Below, piece by piece: positions 1-8,290 of a DNA stretch of 51,147 nucleotides. The notes below the pieces were generated by a model. That model had not been told where the DNA came from and searched no databases. It saw only the letters and a program-made list of their open reading frames with translations. The position numbers and the translations under genes were made by a program. Source of the DNA: a virus (lineage: Duplodnaviria > Caudoviricetes); IMG/VR virus record IMGVR_UViG_3300030372_004704, positions 1-51,147 of that record. The stretch is one strand, 5' to 3'. Every line of letters starts with the position of its first letter. The stretch's first letter is position 1.

Positions 1-57
1 ACTTATTGGTGTTTTAATATTATTCAATACCTCGTGAGAGCAACCAAGGGCGTTATC

Positions 58-499
58 GCAGTGTTAAACGGTGGGCATACCGTATCCTTACTGCATTATA
101 TTTATCCGTCCTATTTGATACTCAAACAAGAGACTATGCTTATCCTTCCTTAGAGTCCGCACACTCGCTTTTGTTCATCTAACATAAGCATAGTCTCTTA
201 AATATTAGTAGTAAAGACCTGGCTGGCATACCCTGGGCGGAGGATTAATACACATGTGGTCCAAAGCAATGTATGCCAAGAATTAATATTTGATAACAGC
301 ATAAAAACTCTTTTTATAATAATATGATAAGTTCGTTTCAGACCCATGAACGAATGATTTCCTAGCTAAATACCATTGCCTGGCTGGAAGTTGCAGGAGT
401 TATCAAAAAGAATTAGGCGAATAAACCAATTTGCCTCTAATGGGCCTGATAAGTTAAATTTGGTGTTGCTTATCAGGCTCACTCTTAATAAACACCAGA
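58..499 (+). ncRNA. Candidate structured non-coding leader or small-RNA cluster (series of long-range stems)
   Basis: No ORF of 60 aa or more in the track. Consecutive inverted repeats at 58-62/90-94 (inner 68-72/79-83), 128-143/184-199 (16 bp perfect), 224-231/271-278, 289-297/399-407 and 441-453/469-481. Strand is inferred from the downstream genes. Confidence 0.45.
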
Positions 500-506
500 G
501 AAAAGG

Positions 507-755
507 ATGTCATATATGGCAAGCGACGCAAAATTCTACCTAGATAGCTATACAAGAGGTAGAGTAACACAACTTAATGTATCAGATTATGCTACATTAG
601 GTGCTTTATTAGAAGCAGAAAACATTTCAATGGCTAATGCTGTTATAATGTTTAAAGATAAAAATAGTAATCCTAAAGCTGTAGAAGCTAATACTTCTAT
701 AGAAGACGGTGATACTATTGATATTCAAAATGCCTCTAATAAAAGTGGCAAATAG
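507..755 (+). CDS. Ubiquitin-like (beta-grasp, ThiS/MoaD/Ubl-type) protein
   Basis: About 80 aa. TLGALLE helix and IEDGDTIDI strand typical of beta-grasp modifiers; C-terminus NKSG-K. Lies upstream of E2/JAB/E1 genes. The true start may be ATG 516 (AAGGA 8 nt upstream). Confidence 0.8.
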   Translation: MSYMASDAKFYLDSYTRGRVTQLNVSDYATLGALLEAENISMANAVIMFKDKNSNPKAVEANTSIEDGDTIDIQNASNKSGK

Positions 756-765
756 TAATTAACCT

Positions 766-852
766 TTAAAAGAGAGAGTTACGGCTAAAACCACCATCCG
801 TTAAAGCCTCATGGGCAAGTCCCGTGGACGAAGCGTGGTCTCTCTCTTTTAA
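766..852 (+). promoter_or_regulatory. Structured intergenic RNA element between the Ubl and E2 genes
   Basis: 13-bp perfect closing stem TTAAAAGAGAGAG/CTCTCTCTTTTAA enclosing a GC-rich interior with CCAC/GTGG pairing and a CATGGG-CAAGT-CCCGTG hairpin. Confidence 0.5.
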
Positions 853-874
853 TACAAGAGAAAAGAGGTAAAAA

Positions 875-2428
875 TTGAAAGAACAACTAATAGAATTATT
901 AAATGTAATCTTCAAAAGAGATAATGAAGCTATTACTCATATAGTAGATAAGTTTGATTATAAAGAAGAAGATTATACAAGACCACCTGAAAATGTAGAA
1001 CAATTTATAGATGATATGATGTATCAAAATAATGCTCCAGAAGTAAATTGTGAGTTCAGTCATGGTCATATTCATACAGAAGAAACTAGAAGTAATGGCT
1101 TAAAACTACCAGAAGGTACTGTTGAGCTATGGTTTAAGTTCTTCGATGTAAGAACAAGAAGAAAGAAAATATTTAGAACAGGTGATTATTATATGAGATT
1201 AATAAACACAGGTTTTGATAAATGGAGCTGGTTATTTTATATTAAAATGCCAAAAGTAGATGGCGAATCACTTATAACTGAATATGTTTTAGCACAGCAT
1301 CCTCATATAAGCAGAGGCCAAGCTTGTCTTGCAGGTATGGAAACAGGTATAAGAGCATCTATAAATAACTATAATTTCAATGGATTTTTATGGAGAATGA
1401 GAACATTTTTAAATTCATGGAATTTTAGAAGTCCACATCATAATCCTGAAAGATTTGAATATCCTAAGATATTTAAATATGATGATGTTAAAACAATATT
1501 TGATAAAGCAGGAGAAAGTCAAACTCGCATAGTTAATATGAATGCATGGTCATTAGATAATAATAATATAGGTTATCAATTTGATTCATTAATGCTTACT
1601 TCTGCAAGAAAGAAAGAATACGACCCTGAACCTGTTTCTAGAGTTATGTATCATTTATTTGTAGGAAGTTCTTATTTAAATGGAGATAGTTTAAATTATG
1701 GTCAAGTAGGTCAAACGCATATAATACTATATAATTTAGCTCATTGGATAGAAGAGCATATAGATGATACTGAAGGATTAACTATGAAAGAATTGTTAGT
1801 TCTTGCTCATCACATGCTTCATAACTTTTATCATAAAGCTAAAATAGTATCTAGAAATATAGAAGGTACATGGACAGATAATCATAGTAGAATGTCATCA
1901 AATTGGTATAGAGCTGTTGAATCTTGGTATCATTATAGAAATAAATATACAGAGAACCCAGAAAGATTTTCTCATAATAATTCTTCTTATTTATGGTATT
2001 TAAATAAACAAGTTGATAATCCAGGAAGTTGGGAAGTATGTAGAAACTTGATTCAAGAAATACATGATATGAGAGACAGAGCTGAAAGTCATAGAAATGA
2101 CTTAGAATATGATGAACCATCAATAAGAGCTATTAAAAGAAACTTATTTAATGAATTTACAGGGATTTTCAAAGATTTAAATGACATTGAATTTGAAAAT
2201 GAAAGTGAATTTATAAGATGGGTTAATAACTGGCAGCTTGATTCAAATGAATGTAATAACATAGATGATGTAATGAATAAATATCAAGTAAGATTTTTAG
2301 AAATAAAGAAACTTCTTGATGGAATTTACAATCAACTCATAATAGAATATCACGAAAAAGAGCTAAGGAGGCTTACAAATGGCAAAAAACGAAAAAGTAG
2401 TGTGCAAATTGACACTCTCAATTTATAA
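875..2428 (+). CDS. Prokaryotic E2 (UBC-like) domain protein with long C-terminal extension
   Basis: HPHISRGQACL (H142, C151) matches the UBC HPN(I/V)xxxGxICL catalytic signature and is followed by FLNSWNFRSP. TTG start with GAGGT SD. Sits between the Ubl and JAB genes. Confidence 0.75.
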   Translation: MKEQLIELLNVIFKRDNEAITHIVDKFDYKEEDYTRPPENVEQFIDDMMYQNNAPEVNCEFSHGHIHTEETRSNGLKLPEGTVELWFKFFDVRTRRKKIFRTGDYYMRLINTGFDKWSWLFYIKMPKVDGESLITEYVLAQHPHISRGQACLAGMETGIRASINNYNFNGFLWRMRTFLNSWNFRSPHHNPERFEYPKIFKYDDVKTIFDKAGESQTRIVNMNAWSLDNNNIGYQFDSLMLTSARKKEYDPEPVSRVMYHLFVGSSYLNGDSLNYGQVGQTHIILYNLAHWIEEHIDDTEGLTMKELLVLAHHMLHNFYHKAKIVSRNIEGTWTDNHSRMSSNWYRAVESWYHYRNKYTENPERFSHNNSSYLWYLNKQVDNPGSWEVCRNLIQEIHDMRDRAESHRNDLEYDEPSIRAIKRNLFNEFTGIFKDLNDIEFENESEFIRWVNNWQLDSNECNNIDDVMNKYQVRFLEIKKLLDGIYNQLIIEYHEKELRRLTNGKKRKSSVQIDTLNL

Positions 2429-3251
2429 GAAAATAAAACATCTTATATCACTATATCCAAAAACAGAATGGTCTGGTGTAGCATTTTATAATAAAATAGA
2501 ACCAGATAAATATGGTTGGACAACTAATTGGGAGCTTGTAGCATTTTATCCTATTGATTTAGGTAGTAGTGCAGCAACTGAATTTAGTGGTGAAGACCAA
2601 ATAGAAATGATTCAAAAAGCATATGCTAAAAATCCAAAACTTAAAGAATGTTATAAAGGTTTAATACATAGTCATCATACTTTAGGTGGTGGAGCATTTT
2701 TTAGTGGAACTGATAGAGGGCATATGGAAGAAAACGCTAATCAGGTAGGCTATCCATCATTAGTTGTAGCTGATGATTCTACTGGTAGTCCATTTGCATT
2801 TTCATTTAGTTGGGTAGACCAATTAGGTAAAGTACATTGGACTGAAGAAGATGACGGATGTGTAAAGCTTGATTATACAAGTTACAAACCTTCTGGATTA
2901 TTTCAAGATTGTTTAAAATCATTAAAGAGTCAAGAAAAGAAAGTTACAACTTCTTTAACTTATTTTAATGGTCGTCAAGGTAGTTTATTTAATACAGGTT
3001 TATATAATAGAAATAGTATATATCAACCAACTACTAATGAATGGACTGATGATTATTCAGATGATATAAAAGATAAAAAGTATCAAAAATATCTAAAAGC
3101 ATTTAGAAAAGCTGATGCTGATTTCTTTAATTCTGATTTAAATAATGACCCTGATTATGATAAGAAAAGACAGAAAGCTGTTGATACCGAAGCTAGACTT
3201 GATGCCTATTGTGTAGAAAAAGGCTATAATCAAGAGATGGGATGGTTATAA
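2379..3251 (+). CDS. JAB/MPN+ (JAMM) metallopeptidase, deubiquitinase-like
   Basis: E30 (TEWSG), H97-S-H99 and S109-x-x-D112 (IHSHHTLGGGAFFSGTD). AAGGAGG SD. Confidence 0.88.
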   Translation: MAKNEKVVCKLTLSIYKKIKHLISLYPKTEWSGVAFYNKIEPDKYGWTTNWELVAFYPIDLGSSAATEFSGEDQIEMIQKAYAKNPKLKECYKGLIHSHHTLGGGAFFSGTDRGHMEENANQVGYPSLVVADDSTGSPFAFSFSWVDQLGKVHWTEEDDGCVKLDYTSYKPSGLFQDCLKSLKSQEKKVTTSLTYFNGRQGSLFNTGLYNRNSIYQPTTNEWTDDYSDDIKDKKYQKYLKAFRKADADFFNSDLNNDPDYDKKRQKAVDTEARLDAYCVEKGYNQEMGWL

Positions 3252-3437
3252 ATGGCAAAAGATACAATAGAAATACCATTTGATTCTTTTAAAAAGCTGG
3301 TAAGAGCATTTGGTGAAGAATTGTTTAAAAGAAGCCCTGATGCAGATAAAGCAACAGAACCTCTTGATATGCCTTTTCTTGACCATATGCTTGAATTACA
3401 ATTAAAACATACTTTAAAAAAATCAAAGGAGAAATAA
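3252..3437 (+). CDS. Small hypothetical protein within the Ubl cassette
   Basis: 61-aa ORF abutting both the JAB stop and the E1 start. Confidence 0.65.
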   Translation: MAKDTIEIPFDSFKKLVRAFGEELFKRSPDADKATEPLDMPFLDHMLELQLKHTLKKSKEK

Positions 3438-4190
3438 ATGGCAGATAGATTCTTAAGAAATAAGGACTTGATTGACCAAAAGAATCTTGATGAGCTTACA
3501 ATTATAGGAGCTGGTGGTGTAGGTAGTGCACTTATACTATCAGCAGCTATAATGGGCTTTAAAAAGATTCATGTCTGGGACTTTGATGTACTTGAAGAAC
3601 ATAATTTGAGTACAACTATGTATCCAGAGAGTTATTTAGGTGAATCAAAGACAGAAGCAGCTAAAGCTATGGTAAAATACTTTGGTTGTGATACAAAAAT
3701 AATTGAACATGATAAGTTTGGCTATATGGATAGCTTAACACCATGTACAATGATGGCTCCAGATAATATGGAAGTTAGAAAGATGGTATATATGAATTGG
3801 ATACGTACACCAAACAGGAAAGTTCTTGTAGATGGACGTATGGGTGCATTGTCAATGGATATTCACACTGTTGACGCACTTCATGACAGTTATATGAGTA
3901 ACTGGAAACCAAGTAGAGATATACCTGATTTACCTTGTACTGCAAAGCATACAATATTTACAGCTAACATAATAGCTGGCATAATGTTGTCACAAATATT
4001 TAATGTCTTGCATCAAAGGTCATACTATTCGTATATTTGGAAGTCGTTAGCACCGTATATGACTAAAGAGTACGGTAAAGTAAACCCGTTAATCAAAATG
4101 GAGAATAAAAGTGATAAAGAAACAGAAACGCAAACCAGTGTCTCTAAATCCGAAAATTCTTCTAATGTATGGAGCTCCAAAAGTAGGTAA
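3438..4190 (+). CDS. ThiF/MoeB/E1-family Ubl-activating adenylyltransferase
   Basis: RFLRN, IIGAGGVGS nucleotide-binding loop, DFDVLEEHNL, PDNMEVR and VDGRMG motifs. Candidate catalytic C167 (LPCTAK). AAGGAG SD. Confidence 0.92.
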   Translation: MADRFLRNKDLIDQKNLDELTIIGAGGVGSALILSAAIMGFKKIHVWDFDVLEEHNLSTTMYPESYLGESKTEAAKAMVKYFGCDTKIIEHDKFGYMDSLTPCTMMAPDNMEVRKMVYMNWIRTPNRKVLVDGRMGALSMDIHTVDALHDSYMSNWKPSRDIPDLPCTAKHTIFTANIIAGIMLSQIFNVLHQRSYYSYIWKSLAPYMTKEYGKVNPLIKMENKSDKETETQTSVSKSENSSNVWSSKSR

Positions 4191-4782
4191 AACTACTATG
4201 CTCTCTAAATTAGATGATTGTCTGATTATTGACACAGAAAAAGGTACGAATATGCTAGAAGCATACGTACAAGAAGTAAATAACCGAGAAGAGTTAATCC
4301 AAACTCTTAAAGATGCTATGGAAGGTCACGAATTTAAATACATAGCTATAGATACTATTGATAAAGTTGTAGAATGGGCTGAAAAAGCTGTTTGTACAGA
4401 GTATGAAGTAGCATCTATTGCTGATTTAACATTCGGAAAAGGTTATGCGTTAGCTCGTGAGAAAGTAATGAATACTATCAATGCTTTTAGAGACTGTTGC
4501 GACCATTTAATTATCGTTGGACATAGAAAGGTTGCAAGAGCAGTTGTCGATGGCAAAGCTATTGTAGAACCTGAATCTTTAGATATAACTGGTAAGCTGA
4601 AGAATCTGATTATGTCAGATTGTGATGCTATCGGTTATGTCTTAAGGGAAGATGATAAACTAATGGTTTCATTTAAAGCAGATGAATCTATAGAAGCAGG
4701 TAGTAGATGTGAACACTTACGTGGCCAATGTATTGACTTTGATTGGTCTAACATATATAAAAAAGAAAGTGAAGGTAAATAA
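4111..4782 (+). CDS. Phage AAA_24/Sak4-like ATPase
   Basis: Walker A YGAPKVGKT, IIDTEKG, Walker B IAIDTID and the SDCDAIGY motif. Confidence 0.85.
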   Translation: MIKKQKRKPVSLNPKILLMYGAPKVGKTTMLSKLDDCLIIDTEKGTNMLEAYVQEVNNREELIQTLKDAMEGHEFKYIAIDTIDKVVEWAEKAVCTEYEVASIADLTFGKGYALAREKVMNTINAFRDCCDHLIIVGHRKVARAVVDGKAIVEPESLDITGKLKNLIMSDCDAIGYVLREDDKLMVSFKADESIEAGSRCEHLRGQCIDFDWSNIYKKESEGK

Positions 4783-5397
4783 ATGGCAATATTCAGGCCG
4801 CAAGGAAGTAGTTCTTCTGGAAGTAATTTTTATGGAATGTGTAACATAGCTATTTTAAATTTTGAAGAGAAATCTTCAGAATATAAATGGGCTGATATAT
4901 ATCTAGACATAGAAATAAAACAAGAAGGTAGTGATTATACTAAACAATTAAGAATAGCAGGAGACTTAGAAAGAGATACCAATGGTAAAATTTCAGGTGG
5001 TTCTGTTCTTAAAAGAATGTATAATTTCTTTGATATAATAGGTGAAAAAGCAGGATTAACTGTTGATGGTAAATGGGAAACAGAAGATGGTGAAGAAATT
5101 CATGATATAGCTAAGTATCTAAACCAAAAACATTCTGCTAACATTATGCCAGGTACAGACCCTGACTTTAATTTTATTGCTTATGTATATAAAGAAAAAC
5201 CAAAAGAAAAAGGTGGTAAAGTCTATACTAGAGTATTCCATAGAATACAAAATAATGACGATAAAGGCCGCTTACAACTTGAATCAGATGTTAAATGGTT
5301 TAAGAATAAAGGTTTTCTAAAAGAAGCAACTGAAGAAGAAACCTCAACACCAAAACAAAATGTTGAAATGTCTTCAGAAGGTATCGGAAATTTATAG
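4783..5397 (+). CDS. Putative single-stranded DNA-binding protein
   Basis: Lies between the Sak4-like ATPase and the primase-helicase; beta-rich with an acidic tail. Function is inferred from position. Confidence 0.45.
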   Translation: MAIFRPQGSSSSGSNFYGMCNIAILNFEEKSSEYKWADIYLDIEIKQEGSDYTKQLRIAGDLERDTNGKISGGSVLKRMYNFFDIIGEKAGLTVDGKWETEDGEEIHDIAKYLNQKHSANIMPGTDPDFNFIAYVYKEKPKEKGGKVYTRVFHRIQNNDDKGRLQLESDVKWFKNKGFLKEATEEETSTPKQNVEMSSEGIGNL

Positions 5398-7172
5398 TGT
5401 TTGACTATATTGAAATAGCAGTAGGCAGTCCTCGTCACAGAGGGCAGCTTATTGCAAAGTCAGATTTAGTTAAATATATAAATCATGATACTCCACTATT
5501 TAGGTCAGTTTATTTATATGATAAATCCGCTATAGATTATGCCGAATCAAACGGTGGACTAAAGAATTACTTTGGTCAAAGAGCGATAGATTGGATATTA
5601 ATAGATATAGATAAAGGTGATAATAGTGATGAATACACATTAAATAAAGCTAGAAAAATAATAACAGATATTGATGATATGGGAGTAGATATAAACTATT
5701 CTATACAACCATATTTCAGTGGTAGTGGTTATCATTTAGCTTTACCTAATAGTGTATTTAACTTTCCAAGTAGTGATAATATACATTACTTGGTTAAAGG
5801 GACTCTTAAATCTATTTTTGGTGACATAATAGATAGTTCAATATTTATGAGAACAGGTATATATCGTGTTCAACATACAATAAATAAAAAAACTGATTTG
5901 CATAAAATACCTTTAACTGTACCAGAAATCTTAAATAAAGATGTAAAATGGATAAAGGAATTAGCAGAAACTCCAAGAATCGAATTTGCTTATAGTGAAT
6001 TAGTAGGGAATGGAGAGCTAGAAAGCAAAATCGTTAATAGAGCCCCTAGAATGACCCAAATACGAAAAGTAGTTGAACCAAAGGATGTTATACCATGTGT
6101 ACAAGAAATGTTGACAAATGGGCCCCAAGAGGGCAATAGAAACCAAACGCTTATTAGAATAGCATCACATTTCTATAGACATGGAATACCTTCAGAATAT
6201 GCAAAAACCGCTATTTTACACTGGAATAATAATAGTTTAAATGAAAATAGTGTGGTCGAAAAGGTTGAGTATGTTTACAATAGAGGGTATAGATTTGGTT
6301 GTCAAGATGAGATAATGTTAAAGCATTGTAAGACTAGATGTATACATTTCAAAAGAAAAGACTACCTTATAGACATCCTTAATTCAGATGATTTACAACA
6401 AGAGTTAGAGAAACGAATGTCAGCAGATTTTGATGGACGTTCAATACCTCTTGCTGAAATGTTAGGAGTTAAAGGCTCGGATACAGAAATATATCCAGGC
6501 GAATTAGTAACAGTATTTGGGCCTACAGGCTCAAGTAAAACAACATTAGCTCAATGCTTAGCATTAGGTGTTGATTTTGCTAATGATGATATAAATACTG
6601 AATGGCAAATTCCTACATTGTATTTATCTTTAGAATTATCTGCTTGGTACATGCATAGAAGAAATATGCAAATAGTATCAGGATTGACAAAAGAAGAAAT
6701 AAATGACAATCCTAAAAAAGTATACGAAGAACATAAAGATAAATTAAATCATATGGTTATTCAAACAATACCTCCAAACCTAGAACAAATACAAGCAAAA
6801 GTTAAAGAGTTAAGACCAGCATTAGTTATAGTAGACTATATTGATTTAGTTGAAACTCCACCTCATGTAAGGGGAGAGTACGAACAAATCAAATACATAT
6901 CACACTCGCTTTCAAGTATGGCTGTTAATAACGATTTAATAATAATTCAGGTATCCCAAGTATCTAGAGAATACTCTAGAAATGAGGCATTAGATTTATA
7001 TGCTGGTAAGGGTTCTGGTGCAATAGAAAACGCATCACGTAAAGTGATAGGCTTAAATGGTCAAGCTAATTCATCTGAAAAGTCTTTAGAAGTATTGAAA
7101 AATACTGATGGGGAACTATTCAAAACTGATTTAGAATGGCAACCAAGCTTCAGGTTAAGGAGAAAACAATGA
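5397..7172 (+). CDS. AEP primase fused to SF4/DnaB-like helicase
   Basis: AEP motifs LIDID, FSGSGYH and D..IFMRTGIYR; central EGNRNQ plus Cys cluster; variant Walker A GPTGSSKT, SLEL, Walker B VIVDYID, SQVSR and GSGAIE. Confidence 0.88.
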   Translation: MFDYIEIAVGSPRHRGQLIAKSDLVKYINHDTPLFRSVYLYDKSAIDYAESNGGLKNYFGQRAIDWILIDIDKGDNSDEYTLNKARKIITDIDDMGVDINYSIQPYFSGSGYHLALPNSVFNFPSSDNIHYLVKGTLKSIFGDIIDSSIFMRTGIYRVQHTINKKTDLHKIPLTVPEILNKDVKWIKELAETPRIEFAYSELVGNGELESKIVNRAPRMTQIRKVVEPKDVIPCVQEMLTNGPQEGNRNQTLIRIASHFYRHGIPSEYAKTAILHWNNNSLNENSVVEKVEYVYNRGYRFGCQDEIMLKHCKTRCIHFKRKDYLIDILNSDDLQQELEKRMSADFDGRSIPLAEMLGVKGSDTEIYPGELVTVFGPTGSSKTTLAQCLALGVDFANDDINTEWQIPTLYLSLELSAWYMHRRNMQIVSGLTKEEINDNPKKVYEEHKDKLNHMVIQTIPPNLEQIQAKVKELRPALVIVDYIDLVETPPHVRGEYEQIKYISHSLSSMAVNNDLIIIQVSQVSREYSRNEALDLYAGKGSGAIENASRKVIGLNGQANSSEKSLEVLKNTDGELFKTDLEWQPSFRLRRKQ

Positions 7173-7342
7173 TAAAGTTCAGTTCAAATAAAGGTGTACT
7201 TATAGATACAATATCTGTTACAATAAAGATATGGAAACTATATTTCGCTATTTATTTGGGAAAGGAAGGCGCAAATGCCGAAGAAAATAAACAGAAACTC
7301 AAAAACATCCAAAAGTCGCAAAGTAATGATGCACTTGCTTAA
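7169..7342 (+). CDS. Hypothetical protein
   Basis: Track ORF 7136-7342. The likely start is ATG 7169, overlapping the helicase TGA, with an AAGGAG SD. Confidence 0.5.
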   Translation: MIKFSSNKGVLIDTISVTIKIWKLYFAIYLGKEGANAEENKQKLKNIQKSQSNDALA

Positions 7343-7532
7343 AGGTAAAACTTTAAATCAAGCACAAGCAGCAAAACTTTTCGGAGCTTGGAGATTGTCA
7401 GCAATTATATTTAACTTAAGAAAAAAGGGTTTTGACATTATCACAACTCAAAATTCAAGAGGTATATATAAAGGTTTCGGGAGATACCAAATGACAAAGA
7501 CACCTACTGGTCAAAGGATAAAAGCAAGCTAG
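7275..7532 (+). CDS. Winged helix-turn-helix DNA-binding protein
   Basis: LLKGKTLNQAQAAKLFGAWRLSAIIFNLRKKGFDI pattern typical of phage wHTH proteins. Confidence 0.8.
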   Translation: MPKKINRNSKTSKSRKVMMHLLKGKTLNQAQAAKLFGAWRLSAIIFNLRKKGFDIITTQNSRGIYKGFGRYQMTKTPTGQRIKAS

Positions 7533-7533
7533 C

Positions 7534-8010
7534 ATGAATCCAAATTCCATTAGGAAGTCGCGTAGTCCTAAAGAGTGGGAAACGAAGTTTATGCGTAAGC
7601 TTCGTCCCGCTCACGGGACACATGCTAAAAGAATGTTTCATAGGTTAATGAAAAAGTCTTCTACTTTAAAATCTTCATTGAAGAAAAGAAGTAAAGAATA
7701 TGAAGTCAAATTTAGTATATCATTAACAGAAATAAGAGAAATGTTATATTTAGCATATAGTAAACCTTGCAAGTATTGTAAAAAGAAACTTGATGTAACT
7801 AATATGGTTTGTGACCACAAACATCCTATATCAAGTGGAGGAGGTTCATTTAGAAAAAATCTTCAAATGATATGTGCGTCTTGTAATACTAAAAAAGGTC
7901 CTTTAACAGATAAAGAATATAAAATATTCTTAAAATGGATTAAAAAACAAGATACAAGAGTACAGGATTACATATTAAGGAAACTTGCAAAATCAGATGT
8001 ATTTAATTAG
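7534..8010 (+). CDS. HNH endonuclease
   Basis: CKYC...CDHKHPISSGG...NLQMICASCNTKKG. Confidence 0.88.
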   Translation: MNPNSIRKSRSPKEWETKFMRKLRPAHGTHAKRMFHRLMKKSSTLKSSLKKRSKEYEVKFSISLTEIREMLYLAYSKPCKYCKKKLDVTNMVCDHKHPISSGGGSFRKNLQMICASCNTKKGPLTDKEYKIFLKWIKKQDTRVQDYILRKLAKSDVFN

Positions 8011-8018
8011 GAGATATA

Positions 8019-8165
8019 ATGGCATTAAATGATAAGCAAAGAAAGAAAATGAGAGATATAAATAACAAAAAGAAACAAAGAATTTTAAAAGCCACTGATA
8101 ATGGTCGATGTTGGTGGCTTTATCAAATGTTAACATATAACCCTAGATGCAGGACTACTCAATGA
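8019..8165 (+). CDS. Small basic hypothetical protein (48 aa, not in ORF track)
   Basis: AGGAG SD; MALNDKQRKKMRD...RCWWLYQML...; its TGA overlaps the next ATG. Confidence 0.6.
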   Translation: MALNDKQRKKMRDINNKKKQRILKATDNGRCWWLYQMLTYNPRCRTTQ

Positions 8166-8290
8166 AAAAATTAAACAGATTTAAAAGATTTCTTATAAAT
8201 ATACTTTGGAAATTAGGTGTTAAACCTAGTAAATTATCGATACTCTTTAAAGTATCAACAAGGACTATTTATAGGAACTTATGGAAATAA
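8162..8290 (+). CDS. Small HTH protein (42 aa, not in ORF track)
   Basis: PSKLSILFKVSTRTIYRNL is a helix-turn-helix recognition pattern; ATGA coupling with the upstream ORF. Confidence 0.65.
   Translation: MKKLNRFKRFLINILWKLGVKPSKLSILFKVSTRTIYRNLWK

Noticed and set aside
290-320. Possible early sigma70 promoter TTGATA...TATAAT
   Set aside because: The spacer is 19 nt, the context is very AT-rich, and the -35 lies within a predicted stem; too weak to call.
3438-4190. ThiF plus ThiS-like genes as an auxiliary thiamine or molybdopterin pathway
   Set aside because: No ThiG, MoaE, rhodanese or cysteine desulfurase is present, and the linked E2-like and JAB genes favour protein conjugation.
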